Below, in pieces: positions 20,093 through 30,277 of a stretch of 64,000 bases of DNA. Made by a program: the position numbers and the translations under genes. Each line of letters starts with the position of its first letter. Position 1 is the stretch's first letter. Under the pieces are notes generated by a model that was not told where the DNA came from, did no database searches, and worked only from the letters and a program-made list of their open reading frames with translations. The DNA is from an uncultured Gammaproteobacteria bacterium. Lineage in GTDB: Bacteria > Pseudomonadota > Gammaproteobacteria > SZUA-229. The stretch is taken from positions 12,067-76,066 of the forward strand of contig CAWDMF010000013.1 of the NCBI GenBank assembly GCA_963803185.1. Reading direction: 5' to 3'.

Positions 20093-21409
20093 TTGAACGA
20101 ATTATCGATAACCACGCTATTTATCCTCCTTGTCATACTGATTTTTCTTTCCGGTTTCTTTTCGGGATCGGAAACCGCATTGATGACGCTGAATCGTTAT
20201 CGGGCAAAAAGTCTTGCCGACAAAGGCCATAAAGGCGCGCAACTTGCCCTTAAATTACTCGACCGACCTGATCGATTACTGGGTTTAATACTGCTCGGCA
20301 ACAACATCGTAAATATTTTTGCAGCAACCATTGCGACTATCATCGCATTACGACTGTATGGTGAAATCGGACTGGCGCTGGTCCCTTTCGCTTTAGCTTT
20401 CGTCATTTTAGTTTTTGCTGAAGTCACGCCTAAAACGCTGGCCGCATTAAAACCTGAAAAACTTGCCTTTCCGTCAGCATTTATCTATACGCTAATTGCC
20501 GCACCACTTTACCCTTTTGTCTGGTTAGTTAATATTTTTTCCAATGGTCTTTTACGACTCATTGGTATTTACCCTGACAGGGAAAAAAGGCAGGAGCTCA
20601 GCGCTGACGAATTGCGCGCGGTGGTGATAGAAGCGGAACACTTTATGCCACAGGCCCACTCTGATATGTTGCTCGGCATTCTCGACCTGGAACAGGTCAG
20701 TGTGGAGGATATTATGATTCCACGCAATGAAATTACCGGCATCGATTTAAACGATGACTGGAATGACATTGTGCACCAGATCACCCATAGCCAACGCACA
20801 CGTGTTCCTGTTTTTCATGACAGCATCGATAACACGATTGGCGTTTTGCATTTACGCAAAGTGCTTAACCTGTTTTCGCGCGATGAACTCAACATGAAAA
20901 CGCTTAAAGGGCTAATTGCCCAGGCTTATTTTATTCCAGCCGGCACCCCACTCACCCACCAGTTATTAAGTTTTAAAGATAATCGTCGACGCTCCGGACT
21001 GGTCGTTGATGAGTACGGCAGTATTCAGGGGCTGGTAACACTGGAAGATATTCTGGAAGAAATTGTTGGCCAGTTCACCACCGATTCACCGACGCGTAGT
21101 CTTGGCATCCACAAACAGGATGACAACAGCTATCAAATTGACGGCAATACACATATTCGGGAGATTAATCGCGCATTAAACTGGAAACTGCCGGTTAATG
21201 GCCCAAAAACGCTAAATGGTTTAATTCTGGAACACATGGAAATTATTCCACAAAACGGCACCAGCTTGATGATCAATAACTACACTATTGAAATAACACG
21301 TACCACCAATAATGCAGTACAAACTGCAAGGGTGAAAAACACCAGAACCGTTGCCAGCAATAATAAGTTAACTGAGCCAACGAACCCGGGCATTTCACAA
21401 AACACATAA
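20093..21409 (+). CDS. HlyC/CorC family transporter (DUF21 + CBS pair + CorC_HlyC), YfjD homolog
   Basis: GSETAL DUF21 start, CBS domains, C-terminal transporter-associated domain. Confidence 0.8.
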   Translation: MNELSITTLFILLVILIFLSGFFSGSETALMTLNRYRAKSLADKGHKGAQLALKLLDRPDRLLGLILLGNNIVNIFAATIATIIALRLYGEIGLALVPFALAFVILVFAEVTPKTLAALKPEKLAFPSAFIYTLIAAPLYPFVWLVNIFSNGLLRLIGIYPDREKRQELSADELRAVVIEAEHFMPQAHSDMLLGILDLEQVSVEDIMIPRNEITGIDLNDDWNDIVHQITHSQRTRVPVFHDSIDNTIGVLHLRKVLNLFSRDELNMKTLKGLIAQAYFIPAGTPLTHQLLSFKDNRRRSGLVVDEYGSIQGLVTLEDILEEIVGQFTTDSPTRSLGIHKQDDNSYQIDGNTHIREINRALNWKLPVNGPKTLNGLILEHMEIIPQNGTSLMINNYTIEITRTTNNAVQTARVKNTRTVASNNKLTEPTNPGISQNT

Positions 21410-21411
21410 AG

Positions 21412-22782
21412 ATGGCTAAAGCAAAAATACAATATTCCTGCACCTCCTGCGGTGCCAGTCATTCTAAATGGGCCGGTCAATGCGGTGACTGTGGCGAATG
21501 GAACACCATGAGTGAAACCATTACCGCCATCACAACAAATAACCGCCAGGGGTTTGCTGGCAAAAAAGGCAGTGCAAAAATTCAGGCATTAGAAGATATA
21601 CAAATGCACGCTGAAATGCGCACAGCAACCAATATTAGTGAACTTGACCGGGTACTGGGCGGTGGCCTGGTGCATGGTTCCGTCACCTTAATTGGTGGCG
21701 ACCCCGGCATTGGCAAATCGACCCTGTTAACACAAACCCTGGCCAGCTTAAGTCAGTCTTTGCCCTGCTTGTATGTAACCGGTGAAGAATCGCTGGAACA
21801 GATATCCATGCGTGCGCACCGACTGGGGCTGGAAGACAGGGGGTTGAAATTACTCTCCGAAACCTGTGTCGAAAACATCATCACCCTGTCCAGCGAGTCA
21901 AATCCAAAAGTTATTGTCATTGATTCCATTCAAACCATTTACACTGAAGCGTTGCAGTCAGCTCCCGGTGCAGTTGCACAGGTTCGAGAAAGCGCAGCGC
22001 AACTGGTGCGTTTTGCCAAACAAACCGGCACCGCGTTATTCCTGGTCGGCCATGTAACCAAAGAAGGCACCCTCGCCGGTCCTCGTGTGCTTGAGCACAT
22101 GGTCGATACGGTACTTTATTTTGAAGGCGACCCCGGTGAACGCTACCGCATGATTCGCGCCATAAAAAATCGTTTTGGCGCAGTCAATGAGCTTGGTATT
22201 TTCGCGATGACCGATGAAGGTTTAAAAACGGTCAGCAATCCATCGGCGATTTTTCTTTCCCGTCACGAACAGCCCGTACCCGGCAGCATTATTACCGTGA
22301 CCCGCGAAGGCAGCCGGCCCATGCTTATCGAACTACAGGCACTGGTGGATGAAAGCCACAGCAACAATCCGCGACGTGTTTGCCTGGGATTAGACCCCAA
22401 CCGCCTTAACATGCTGCTCGCTGTGATGCACCGGCACGCTGGCATCGCCATGTTTGATCAGGACGTATTTATCAATATTGTTGGCGGTGTCCGCCTCACC
22501 GAAACCTCGGCCGACACTGCACTGATGCTTGCCGCACTATCCAGCTTTCGTGACAGACCTTTACCAAACAACGTTTTTACCTTTGGCGAAGTCGGCCTGG
22601 CCGGTGAAATCCGCCCCGTGCCCAACGGTCAGGAACGATTACGCGAAGCCGCCAAACACGGTTTTAAAACCGCAATTATCCCAAAAGCCAATAAACCAAG
22701 AAAAGGCGAAACCATTGAAGGGCTAAATATCATTGCCGTACAACGGGTTAGTGAACTGATAGAAACCGCTATTACACTATAA
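21412..22782 (+). CDS. radA: DNA repair protein RadA/Sms
   Basis: C4 zinc finger CTSCGASHSKWAGQCGDCGEWNTM, Walker A GGDPGIGKSTL, KNRFG, Lon-like C-term. Confidence 0.95.
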   Translation: MAKAKIQYSCTSCGASHSKWAGQCGDCGEWNTMSETITAITTNNRQGFAGKKGSAKIQALEDIQMHAEMRTATNISELDRVLGGGLVHGSVTLIGGDPGIGKSTLLTQTLASLSQSLPCLYVTGEESLEQISMRAHRLGLEDRGLKLLSETCVENIITLSSESNPKVIVIDSIQTIYTEALQSAPGAVAQVRESAAQLVRFAKQTGTALFLVGHVTKEGTLAGPRVLEHMVDTVLYFEGDPGERYRMIRAIKNRFGAVNELGIFAMTDEGLKTVSNPSAIFLSRHEQPVPGSIITVTREGSRPMLIELQALVDESHSNNPRRVCLGLDPNRLNMLLAVMHRHAGIAMFDQDVFINIVGGVRLTETSADTALMLAALSSFRDRPLPNNVFTFGEVGLAGEIRPVPNGQERLREAAKHGFKTAIIPKANKPRKGETIEGLNIIAVQRVSELIETAITL

Positions 22783-22796
22783 AAACCCTGAAACTA

Positions 22797-23037
22797 TTTT
22801 GCCGCGAAAAACGAAAAGAACGCGAAAGACGCAATAAAAGCTTATTTAGTCCACAGATGAACGCAAATGAACGCAAATCGAAAACTAGAGGATTTGTAAG
22901 GACTAAATCGTTTGATTTTTACAGGTGGTGCTAAAAAAGATTTAGATTTTACAAAAGGTTTATTTGCGTTCATTTGCGTTCATCTGTGGACAATATTTCT
23001 TTTGTTTTTCGCGCACTTTGCGTTTTTCGCGGCAAAA
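22797..23037. repeat. composite family-1 palindromic element: inner GAACGCAAAT-type arms (22848-22991) nested inside outer inverted repeat (gccgcgaaaaacg / cgtttttcgcggc)
   Basis: agtccacagatgaacgcaaatgaacgcaaat ... atttgcgttcatttgcgttcatctgtggac plus outer 13+ bp IR. Confidence 0.8.
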
Positions 23038-23085
23038 CAGTTTTTAATGTTCATTTCTACATGACTATATCAAGTCTCGAATAGT

Positions 23086-23331
23086 TTGCTAAAATGCGTT
23101 ATGACTAAAAAGATCCCCAATTTTGAAAAAGCATTAACCGAGCTGGAAACCCTGGTCGAAGAGATGGAACAGGGCAATCTCAGCCTCGAAGAATCACTAA
23201 AACGTTTTGAAAAAGGCATCGCTTTGAGCACAGAATGCCAGCAGGCACTGCAAAATGCTGAGTTAAAAATCAAGGAGCTGGTCGAAAAAAACGGTAAGTT
23301 ACTGGAACAGGACATCGAACTTGATAGTTGA
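23086..23331 (+). CDS. xseB: exodeoxyribonuclease VII small subunit
   Basis: 81 aa, FEKALTELETLVEEMEQGNLSLEESLKRFEKGIAL. Confidence 0.9.
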   Translation: MLKCVMTKKIPNFEKALTELETLVEEMEQGNLSLEESLKRFEKGIALSTECQQALQNAELKIKELVEKNGKLLEQDIELDS

Positions 23332-23455
23332 TGAGTTCGCATTTCTCATCAGCAGACAACATAGAACACAAGCGAATGATTTATAAACAACCATCTTGTT
23401 ATTTCAACCCAGGCACCGCTGCTGCAGCTGAAAACCTGGTGGGAAATGCAAACTG

Positions 23456-24352
23456 ATGCCTCATGTATTCCAATCCCGTCTACTCACTTACCAGAAACGA
23501 GTCAATACTGCTTTAGACAAGTACCTGCCAACAGACGATCCGCCAGAACATAATCTCGCTGAAGCGATGCGTTACTCTGTCATTGGCGGTGGTAAACGTA
23601 TTCGCCCGGCAATGGTTTACGCTGCCGGTGAAGCGCTGGGGGTATCACCGGATCTGCTGGATATTCCTGCCTGTGCGATTGAAATGATCCATGCCTACTC
23701 ATTAATTCATGATGATCTGCCAGCAATGGATGACGATGACCTGCGTCGCGGTCGGCCTACCTGTCACAAAGCGTTTGATGAAGCCACTGCAATATTAGCC
23801 GGTGATGCACTGCAGGCTTTGGCTTATGAAATTCTGGCAAAAGATGACCACAAAGAATTAACAGCGGAACACCGTGTCAGGATGTTAAGCCTGTTAACCG
23901 AAGCCAGTGGCGCACATGGCATGGCCGGTGGACAGGCCGTTGATCTGGCATCAGTCGGAAAACAGCTTACACTTGAACAGCTGGAACACATGCATCAGCT
24001 TAAAACTGGGGCATTGATTCGAGCCAGCATCCTGCTTGGCGGCATGTGCAAACAGCATGTCAGCAAGGATGAAATTGATATGCTTGGCGAATACGCCTTA
24101 AGCATCGGTCTTTCTTTCCAGATTCAGGATGATATTCTTGATGTTGTCAGTGACACTAAAACACTAGGAAAACCACAAGGTTCTGATGAAAAACAGAAGA
24201 AACCGACTTTTCCTGCAATCATTGGTCTTAAAGAATCACAACAACGTGCACTAGAGCAGCATCAACGTGCACTAAAAATACTTGAACCTATGGACAAAAA
24301 AGCGGATAGTTTACGCCAGTTATCTGCTTATATTGTTGAAAGACAGTTTTAA
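23456..24352 (+). CDS. ispA: (2E,6E)-farnesyl diphosphate synthase
   Basis: LIHDDLPAMDDDDLRRG and FQIQDDILD aspartate-rich motifs. Confidence 0.9.
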   Translation: MPHVFQSRLLTYQKRVNTALDKYLPTDDPPEHNLAEAMRYSVIGGGKRIRPAMVYAAGEALGVSPDLLDIPACAIEMIHAYSLIHDDLPAMDDDDLRRGRPTCHKAFDEATAILAGDALQALAYEILAKDDHKELTAEHRVRMLSLLTEASGAHGMAGGQAVDLASVGKQLTLEQLEHMHQLKTGALIRASILLGGMCKQHVSKDEIDMLGEYALSIGLSFQIQDDILDVVSDTKTLGKPQGSDEKQKKPTFPAIIGLKESQQRALEQHQRALKILEPMDKKADSLRQLSAYIVERQF

Positions 24353-24435
24353 CCAGCAACCCATACGAGCGTCATTAGTAACCATGCCCGATACTTATAC
24401 CATCTAGCCCGGCCCATTGCCCATGCCCTTTCCCC

Positions 24436-26358
24436 ATGCCATTTTCTAACTCCAACTGGTCGCTGCTAGAGTCGATAAACTCGCCGGCGGATGTTCGCAA
24501 GCTTAACAGCATGCGGCTAAAAGAACTGGCTCGCCAACTGCGTGAGTTTTTGCTGGAAAGCGTATCTTCCACTGGTGGTCACTTATCTGCCGGTCTTGGT
24601 ACCGTCGAGCTCACCATTGCACTGCACTATGTATTCAACACCCCTTACGATCGACTGGTGTGGGATGTTGGCCATCAAACCTACCCGCATAAGATCCTCA
24701 CCGGTCGCCGTGAAGAGATGGCCGGGTTACGCCAGAAAGGGGGTATCGCAGGCTTTCCAAAACGCAATGAAAGTGAATATGACTGTTTTGGTACCGGCCA
24801 TTCGAGCACATCGATTGCCGCTGCTTTAGGCATGAGTTTTGCTGCTAAACAGAACCATGAAAGCCGTCATTGTGTGGCAGTGATTGGTGATGGCGCGATG
24901 ACTGCAGGCATGGCATTTGAAGGACTGAATCATGCCGGTGACAGTGATGCTAATTTGCTGGTCATTTTAAATGACAATGACATGTCAATTTCAGCCAACG
25001 TTGGCGCACTATCCAACCACCTCACCCGGATATTATCCGGTGATCTGTTCTCAACGCTACGGGAAGGCAGCAAAAAAGTGCTGGAGAACATCCCCCCGGC
25101 ACTGGAACTGGCACGACGCACCGAAGAACATGTCAAAGGCATGGTCGCACCGGGCACACTTTTTGAAGAACTGGGCTTTACTTATTATGGACCTGTTGAC
25201 GGCCATGATCTTGACACGCTGATTCCGGTATTAAAAAATATCAATCAACAAACCGGGCCGAGACTGCTACATATTAGAACGCAAAAAGGCAAAGGTTATT
25301 TTCCAGCCGAAGATGCGCCGGTTAAATACCACGGCGTCGGCGCATTTGATCTAAGCACCGGTAAGTCACACGCCACCGGCAAAACCAGACCACAAACTTA
25401 TACTGAAATTTTTGGTCAATGGTTATGCGACATGGCTGAGCAGGACAAACGACTTGTTGGCATCACGCCGGCAATGAGCGAAGGCTCAGGCATGATTGAT
25501 TTTTCCAAACATTTCCCGAAACGCTATTTTGATGTTGGCATTGCAGAACAGCATGCTGTGACACTCGCTGCAGGTATGGCGTGCGAAGGTATAAAACCTG
25601 TTGTTGCCATCTATTCCACGTTCTTACAACGCGCTTATGATCAACTTATTCACGATGTCACCATACAGAATTTATCAGTGATGTTTGCGATTGATCGTGC
25701 CGGTATTGTTGGTGCAGATGGTCCCACCCACACTGGTGCTTATGACATCAGCTTTTTACGCTGCATACCCAACATGGTAATAATGACACCTGCCGATGAA
25801 GTCGAATGTCGCGGCCTGTTAACCACTGCATTTTTACATGACGGTCCCAGCGCAGTTCGTTATCCTCGTGGATCGGTGCATGATTTATCCATGGCTTTGA
25901 GCACAGGTGATGAGCCCGGCAACCGTAAATCCAGTAATAATAAATTGCAGGCGCTGCCCTTTGCTCAGGCAAAACAATACCGGCAGGGCAACAAAATCGC
26001 AATACTGGTGTTTGGCTCTTTGTTATCAACAGCCATTGTGGTTGCTGAAGAACTCGATGCCAGTGTTTACAGTATGCGCTTCGTCAAGCCACTGGATACA
26101 AACGCCATCAAAGCAGCTGCAGAGCAACATGACCTGTTGGTGACGATTGAAGATAATGCCATTGCAGGCGGTGCCGGCAGTGCCGTATCCGAGTACCTCA
26201 ACGAGCAAAATATCAGCACAGGACTGCTGCAGATAGGTTTTCCTGACGAATTCATCAATCATGGCAACCCCGATGAGTTATTGTCTGACTGGAAACTTGA
26301 TAAAACCGGCATATTACAGACCATACAGGCTCGAGTTAACGCAAATGTTTCACGCTAG
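24436..26358 (+). CDS. dxs: 1-deoxy-D-xylulose-5-phosphate synthase
   Basis: TPP motif [18 protein letters not shown], 640 aa, xseB-ispA-dxs synteny. Confidence 0.95.
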   Translation: MPFSNSNWSLLESINSPADVRKLNSMRLKELARQLREFLLESVSSTGGHLSAGLGTVELTIALHYVFNTPYDRLVWDVGHQTYPHKILTGRREEMAGLRQKGGIAGFPKRNESEYDCFGTGHSSTSIAAALGMSFAAKQNHESRHCVAVIGDGAMTAGMAFEGLNHAGDSDANLLVILNDNDMSISANVGALSNHLTRILSGDLFSTLREGSKKVLENIPPALELARRTEEHVKGMVAPGTLFEELGFTYYGPVDGHDLDTLIPVLKNINQQTGPRLLHIRTQKGKGYFPAEDAPVKYHGVGAFDLSTGKSHATGKTRPQTYTEIFGQWLCDMAEQDKRLVGITPAMSEGSGMIDFSKHFPKRYFDVGIAEQHAVTLAAGMACEGIKPVVAIYSTFLQRAYDQLIHDVTIQNLSVMFAIDRAGIVGADGPTHTGAYDISFLRCIPNMVIMTPADEVECRGLLTTAFLHDGPSAVRYPRGSVHDLSMALSTGDEPGNRKSSNNKLQALPFAQAKQYRQGNKIAILVFGSLLSTAIVVAEELDASVYSMRFVKPLDTNAIKAAAEQHDLLVTIEDNAIAGGAGSAVSEYLNEQNISTGLLQIGFPDEFINHGNPDELLSDWKLDKTGILQTIQARVNANVSR

Positions 26359-26391
26359 TACGCGCTCTCGAAAAAACCAGGCAATATCAGA

Positions 26392-26432
26392 AAATGAATA
26401 TATATCAATAACTTGATATATATTATTCATTT
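26392..26432. promoter_or_regulatory. 40-bp near-perfect AT-rich palindrome (aaatgaatatatatcaataacttgatatatattattcattt): candidate operator (Zur/Fur-type) for queD-folE2 or dxs terminator hairpin
   Basis: seen in sequence 34 bp after dxs stop, 200 bp before queD. Confidence 0.35.
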
Positions 26433-26633
26433 CCTTGATAACACTTAGCGCTTCGAAGCCTGCACAAAACACCACTCCAGCTGATGTTTTCAATGAAAAT
26501 TTTACCGGAGAAATCCTTTCTTAGTGAGGTCACCACACTAATGTAAAACATTTGAGTGTAGAAATTGCTTATATAAGGAAAACAGGATAAAATCCCTACT
26601 GTTTTACTCAGGTATTATTTAGGACTATAAATA

Positions 26634-27011
26634 ATGGCAGCTCGCTACCAGCTGAAAGTGGTGACCGAATTTGCTTCAGCTCATACTTTACGGGATTATC
26701 CCGGCGCATGCAGCCGTATGCATGGCCACAACTGGAAAGTTGAACTGGAAGCGGTGGCTACCCGGCTCGATAATGTCGGCATGGGCATTGATTTCAAAGT
26801 AATGAAAAACGCTGCCAATGAAATCGGTGATGAACTTGACCATCGTTATCTAAATGATCTTGAGCCGTTTAAAGAAGTTAACCCAACGGCAGAAAATATA
26901 GCAGCGTACATGTATAAAGCTATCTCTGCCCGTATAAACAGTGACAGCATTAAAGTGACTGCAGTTACGCTCTGGGAAACCGAACGCGCCTGCGTTCGTT
27001 ATAGTGAATAA
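26634..27011 (+). CDS. queD: 6-carboxy-5,6,7,8-tetrahydropterin synthase
   Basis: CSRMHGHNW and EL(E/D)H catalytic motifs of PTPS/QueD family, 125 aa. Confidence 0.8.
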   Translation: MAARYQLKVVTEFASAHTLRDYPGACSRMHGHNWKVELEAVATRLDNVGMGIDFKVMKNAANEIGDELDHRYLNDLEPFKEVNPTAENIAAYMYKAISARINSDSIKVTAVTLWETERACVRYSE

Positions 27012-27030
27012 AAAGTGAAGAGAATATACG

Positions 27031-27843
27031 ATGACAGACGTCCTTGATAAGAAAACCAGAACCACAAACACCTTACCCGATGTTCAGAACAGTGAGGACA
27101 CCCGTGCGATTGCGATTAATAAAGTAGGCATTAAGGATATTCGTCATCCGGTACAGGTAAAAGACCGTACCGGGCAGATTCAACATACCATCGCAAACTT
27201 CAACATGTACGTTGATTTGCCACATGAATTCAAAGGCACCCATATGTCGCGATTTGTTGAAATTCTCAACAATCACGACTGGGAAATCACCGTTGACTCG
27301 TTCAAAATCATGTTAACCGAGATGACCAGCCTGCTGGATGCTGAAGTAGGTCATATTGAAATGAGCTTCTATTTCTTTATTAACAAAACCGCCCCCGCTT
27401 CCGGGGTAAAAAGTTTGCTGGATTACGAAGTCAGTTTTATTGGCGAACGTAAAAATAACGAAAATAAAATCAACATAAAAGTTGTAGTGCCGGTCACCAG
27501 CTTATGTCCTTGCTCGAAAAAAATATCAGACCGCGGTGCTCACAATCAACGCTCTCATGTCACTGTTGATGTCGAAACAGAAGATTTTATCTGGGTAGAA
27601 GAAATTATTGACCTGGTTGAAGCACAGGCTTCCTGTGAATTATACGGCTTATTAAAACGCCCGGACGAAAAAATTGTTACCGAACGTGCCTACGATAATC
27701 CAAAATTTGTCGAAGACATGGTGCGCGACATTGCCCATCAATTAAACATTGATAAACGCATACTTTCCTATACCGTAGAATCAGAAAATTTTGAATCCAT
27801 TCATAACCATTCGGCTTATGCGCTGATTGAGAAAACACGATAG
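27031..27843 (+). CDS. folE2: GTP cyclohydrolase FolE2 (type IB, COG1469)
   Basis: 270 aa, [21 protein letters not shown] conserved FolE2/MptA motif. Confidence 0.8.
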   Translation: MTDVLDKKTRTTNTLPDVQNSEDTRAIAINKVGIKDIRHPVQVKDRTGQIQHTIANFNMYVDLPHEFKGTHMSRFVEILNNHDWEITVDSFKIMLTEMTSLLDAEVGHIEMSFYFFINKTAPASGVKSLLDYEVSFIGERKNNENKINIKVVVPVTSLCPCSKKISDRGAHNQRSHVTVDVETEDFIWVEEIIDLVEAQASCELYGLLKRPDEKIVTERAYDNPKFVEDMVRDIAHQLNIDKRILSYTVESENFESIHNHSAYALIEKTR

Positions 27844-28448
27844 ACGTAGCTAATACAAAAAAAACATATGTGTTAAGCCCGCTTTTTTATCAGCTGGCAA
27901 GCAATGCTACGATAAACCATTGCTAATGCCTGATGCATTGCTTTTGCATAACGGGCAAACAAATAGCGCTGCTCACAAGGAAAGCTGATACCCCATTGGT
28001 GTCCAGGCTCATCAGCTTATACTTCATCGACGAGTAAAGTGGCACTCTCAGGCATATGCCTGGCGCCAACAGAAAGCACAACAGAAAGGGAAAGCTCAGT
28101 GCCACGTGATGTTCGGCGTGGCAGGTCTCGCAGCACAACCGCAGCAAGCCCTGTTCCAGGTAGCTGCATTTCAGTAGTCGCCGATCCATACCCGCTGGAC
28201 GTAACCGGGCAAATCCTGGATATGCCATAAAAAGGTCGCGGGCAGTGTACCGCTGGCATTTTAATCTTATGTTGCTGCCGTACCAGTACTCTTGCAAAGT
28301 GATGCTAACCTGCTCTACTTCAGGCTTCCGGGCTTTCGCCTTTCGGGCCAACCATTGGTTGTTCAAAATCGCTGCCGACGATTTTGTCGCGGCAATGACA
28401 GCTAAGCGGTAAAGCAGTGCGGGAATTCCTTTTTTATTCGCTGCCGGT

Positions 28449-28878
28449 TTACCTGTGGCAGTCCCGGCAGCTGTCATGCGGGCCCGTGGGGAGGCTCTGC
28501 TCATGCCGATGTTTATGGCAGCCGGTGCAAAGGCCATGGAATGCTTGCTGCGCGTTGCGCACCGGTGGTTCAGCGTCGTTCACCGAATCGGGCTCGGCTT
28601 TCCTGATATTGGCGATGCTGAAATACCTGGCCTGGTGGCAGGCTATAACAGCTGCGAACAGGCTCGTCCTTAGTGCGCAACGTATGGTGGCAGGTGACGC
28701 AGCGTACACCTTCGAGGTCACTGTGGCGCTGGTGGGCGAAGGTTACCGGACCGAACTTGGGCGTCAGGGTGATCTCGGCCTTTTCGGGCGGGATAGCGTC
28801 AGTCGCGGTCACCAGCGCCGGCGCAAGCCCAAAAAATAGAACGAACCAGCGCAACCGATTTGGGGCAGCTGGCCGCAT
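28449..28878 (-). pseudogene. c3-type tetraheme cytochrome c with Sec signal peptide, interrupted by an apparent 1-nt insertion near 28640 inside the second heme motif (CYSCH)
   Basis: Frame A (28878->28570): MRPAAPNRLRWFVLFFGLAPALVTA...VTFAHQRHSDLEGVRCVTCHH...RSCYS; frame B (->28449): ...AFHGLCTGCHKHRH...DSCRDCHR; deleting one C restores CYSCH giving four CxxCH. Confidence 0.5.
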
Positions 28879-28894
28879 CTGCACGCAGCTCGGG

Positions 28895-30277
28895 CTAGAA
28901 GTAATAACGAACACGGAATTCCAGCTTGTAGTTGTTGGGCTTTTCTCCCCACTCGGTGAGCTGATCGCCAATAGGCGCAATCAGTCGTAGCCGTAGGTCC
29001 AGGTTATCGACGCCTTCGTAGTTCAGCTCAGGCGAAACCGAGTAGCTGTTATCCAGCAAGTTGTAGAGCACCTGGAAACCCGGCGTGAAATAAAGGATGT
29101 TGTAGGGCTCTCTCCACCAGGCACGCAGGTGAAAATACTGGCGCATGGGATTGGGTTTGGTGAATGGACCCTTGTCGACGTCTTCGTCGAGGGGCAGTCC
29201 GGCCAGCAGGTCCGGATCGCCGGCGTCCCAGGCGCGGTGAACGCATTCGTAAAACTGCCGCTGATCCTGTTCCCGGTTTCCGGCGCCGTTGTAATAATAT
29301 TCAGCGATCCAGGTGACATCGTTCTCGGTTCGGTAGCGCAGCCCGAGTAGAGAGCTGATTTTGTCATCTGGCGCCTCCCGTGTGAATTTGCAATCCGGGG
29401 TTATGTTGTGCAGCGACACATCGGTGAGGTAAGCGAGTTCGCCGTGGACCGCAAAATTGGTGGTGATGTTACTGGCAAAATCCATGCCGTAGCGTGCTGT
29501 CTTGCTGCCTTCACTGAGGAACAGGAAATCGATGTCAGTGTTCTGGTACAGCAGGTAAAGCTTGGCCGCGTAGTTGGTGAAGCCTTCCTTGCCGAAGTCA
29601 TTATTGATGCTGCCGCGGTTCGGCAGTACCAGTGGCGTTAAGGCAACGGTCTTCAGCCGGCCGCCGAAGGTCTTTATATAATCGAAGCCGGCGATCCAGA
29701 AGCCCTCGCGCGCAAGATCGGGATTACCGGCGTCCTTGGCCCGTTCAACAAATGCGACGGGGTTCCACGCGTAGCCGGTGCCCCAGCGATAGGCCTTCTT
29801 GCCCATGTCAAAGCTGAAGCCGGGATCAGGCTGCAGGTTCAGCAGGCCCTCGTACAATATGGTTTCGCCGCTTTCGTCGGTGTAATCCCAGGTCTTGCTG
29901 GTATGAGTGCGGAAAGACAGGGTGGTGATGCCCCGCCGGTAGCGACCATCGAGTTCGAGTACGGCCGGCAGGCGGGAGATGCTGTCGCGCGGCTGTTCGT
30001 CGAAGAACTGCAGCTGGTACAGCGCACCATCCTGGTTGCTCTGTGCATAATTCGGCTCGATCTCGGCGTAACCGCGCAGCACGAATGGTTTGGCCTCAAA
30101 TTTTTCGACGTCGAAGGTGAACTCGTCGGCACCCAGACCCGGCATCGACGTCACCACACAGGCGGTGGCAATCAAGACTCCTGCATGCCGACGGAGGCTA
30201 GCTCGTGTCAATAGCCCAGTCGCCCGCCCCCCTCTTTCCATACCGCTAAGAACCATGGGTGCTGGCAGTTGAGTCAC
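28895..30277 (-). CDS. outer-membrane beta-barrel protein (GTG start overlapping upstream stop; mature start probably internal after signal peptide)
   Basis: 460 aa, signal-like LIATACVVTSMPGLGA, alternating amphipathic strands rich in Y/W/G, C-terminal ...EFRVRYYF aromatic terminus typical of OM barrels. Confidence 0.55.
   Translation of the reverse strand: MTQLPAPMVLSGMERGGRATGLLTRASLRRHAGVLIATACVVTSMPGLGADEFTFDVEKFEAKPFVLRGYAEIEPNYAQSNQDGALYQLQFFDEQPRDSISRLPAVLELDGRYRRGITTLSFRTHTSKTWDYTDESGETILYEGLLNLQPDPGFSFDMGKKAYRWGTGYAWNPVAFVERAKDAGNPDLAREGFWIAGFDYIKTFGGRLKTVALTPLVLPNRGSINNDFGKEGFTNYAAKLYLLYQNTDIDFLFLSEGSKTARYGMDFASNITTNFAVHGELAYLTDVSLHNITPDCKFTREAPDDKISSLLGLRYRTENDVTWIAEYYYNGAGNREQDQRQFYECVHRAWDAGDPDLLAGLPLDEDVDKGPFTKPNPMRQYFHLRAWWREPYNILYFTPGFQVLYNLLDNSYSVSPELNYEGVDNLDLRLRLIAPIGDQLTEWGEKPNNYKLEFRVRYYF

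Noticed and set aside
27923-28537. 204-aa minus-strand ORF downstream of the cytochrome gene
   Set aside because: Low-complexity Ala/Arg/Leu-rich translation typical of out-of-frame GC-rich DNA, with no signal peptide or domain. Kept only as a note for its isolated CxxCH.
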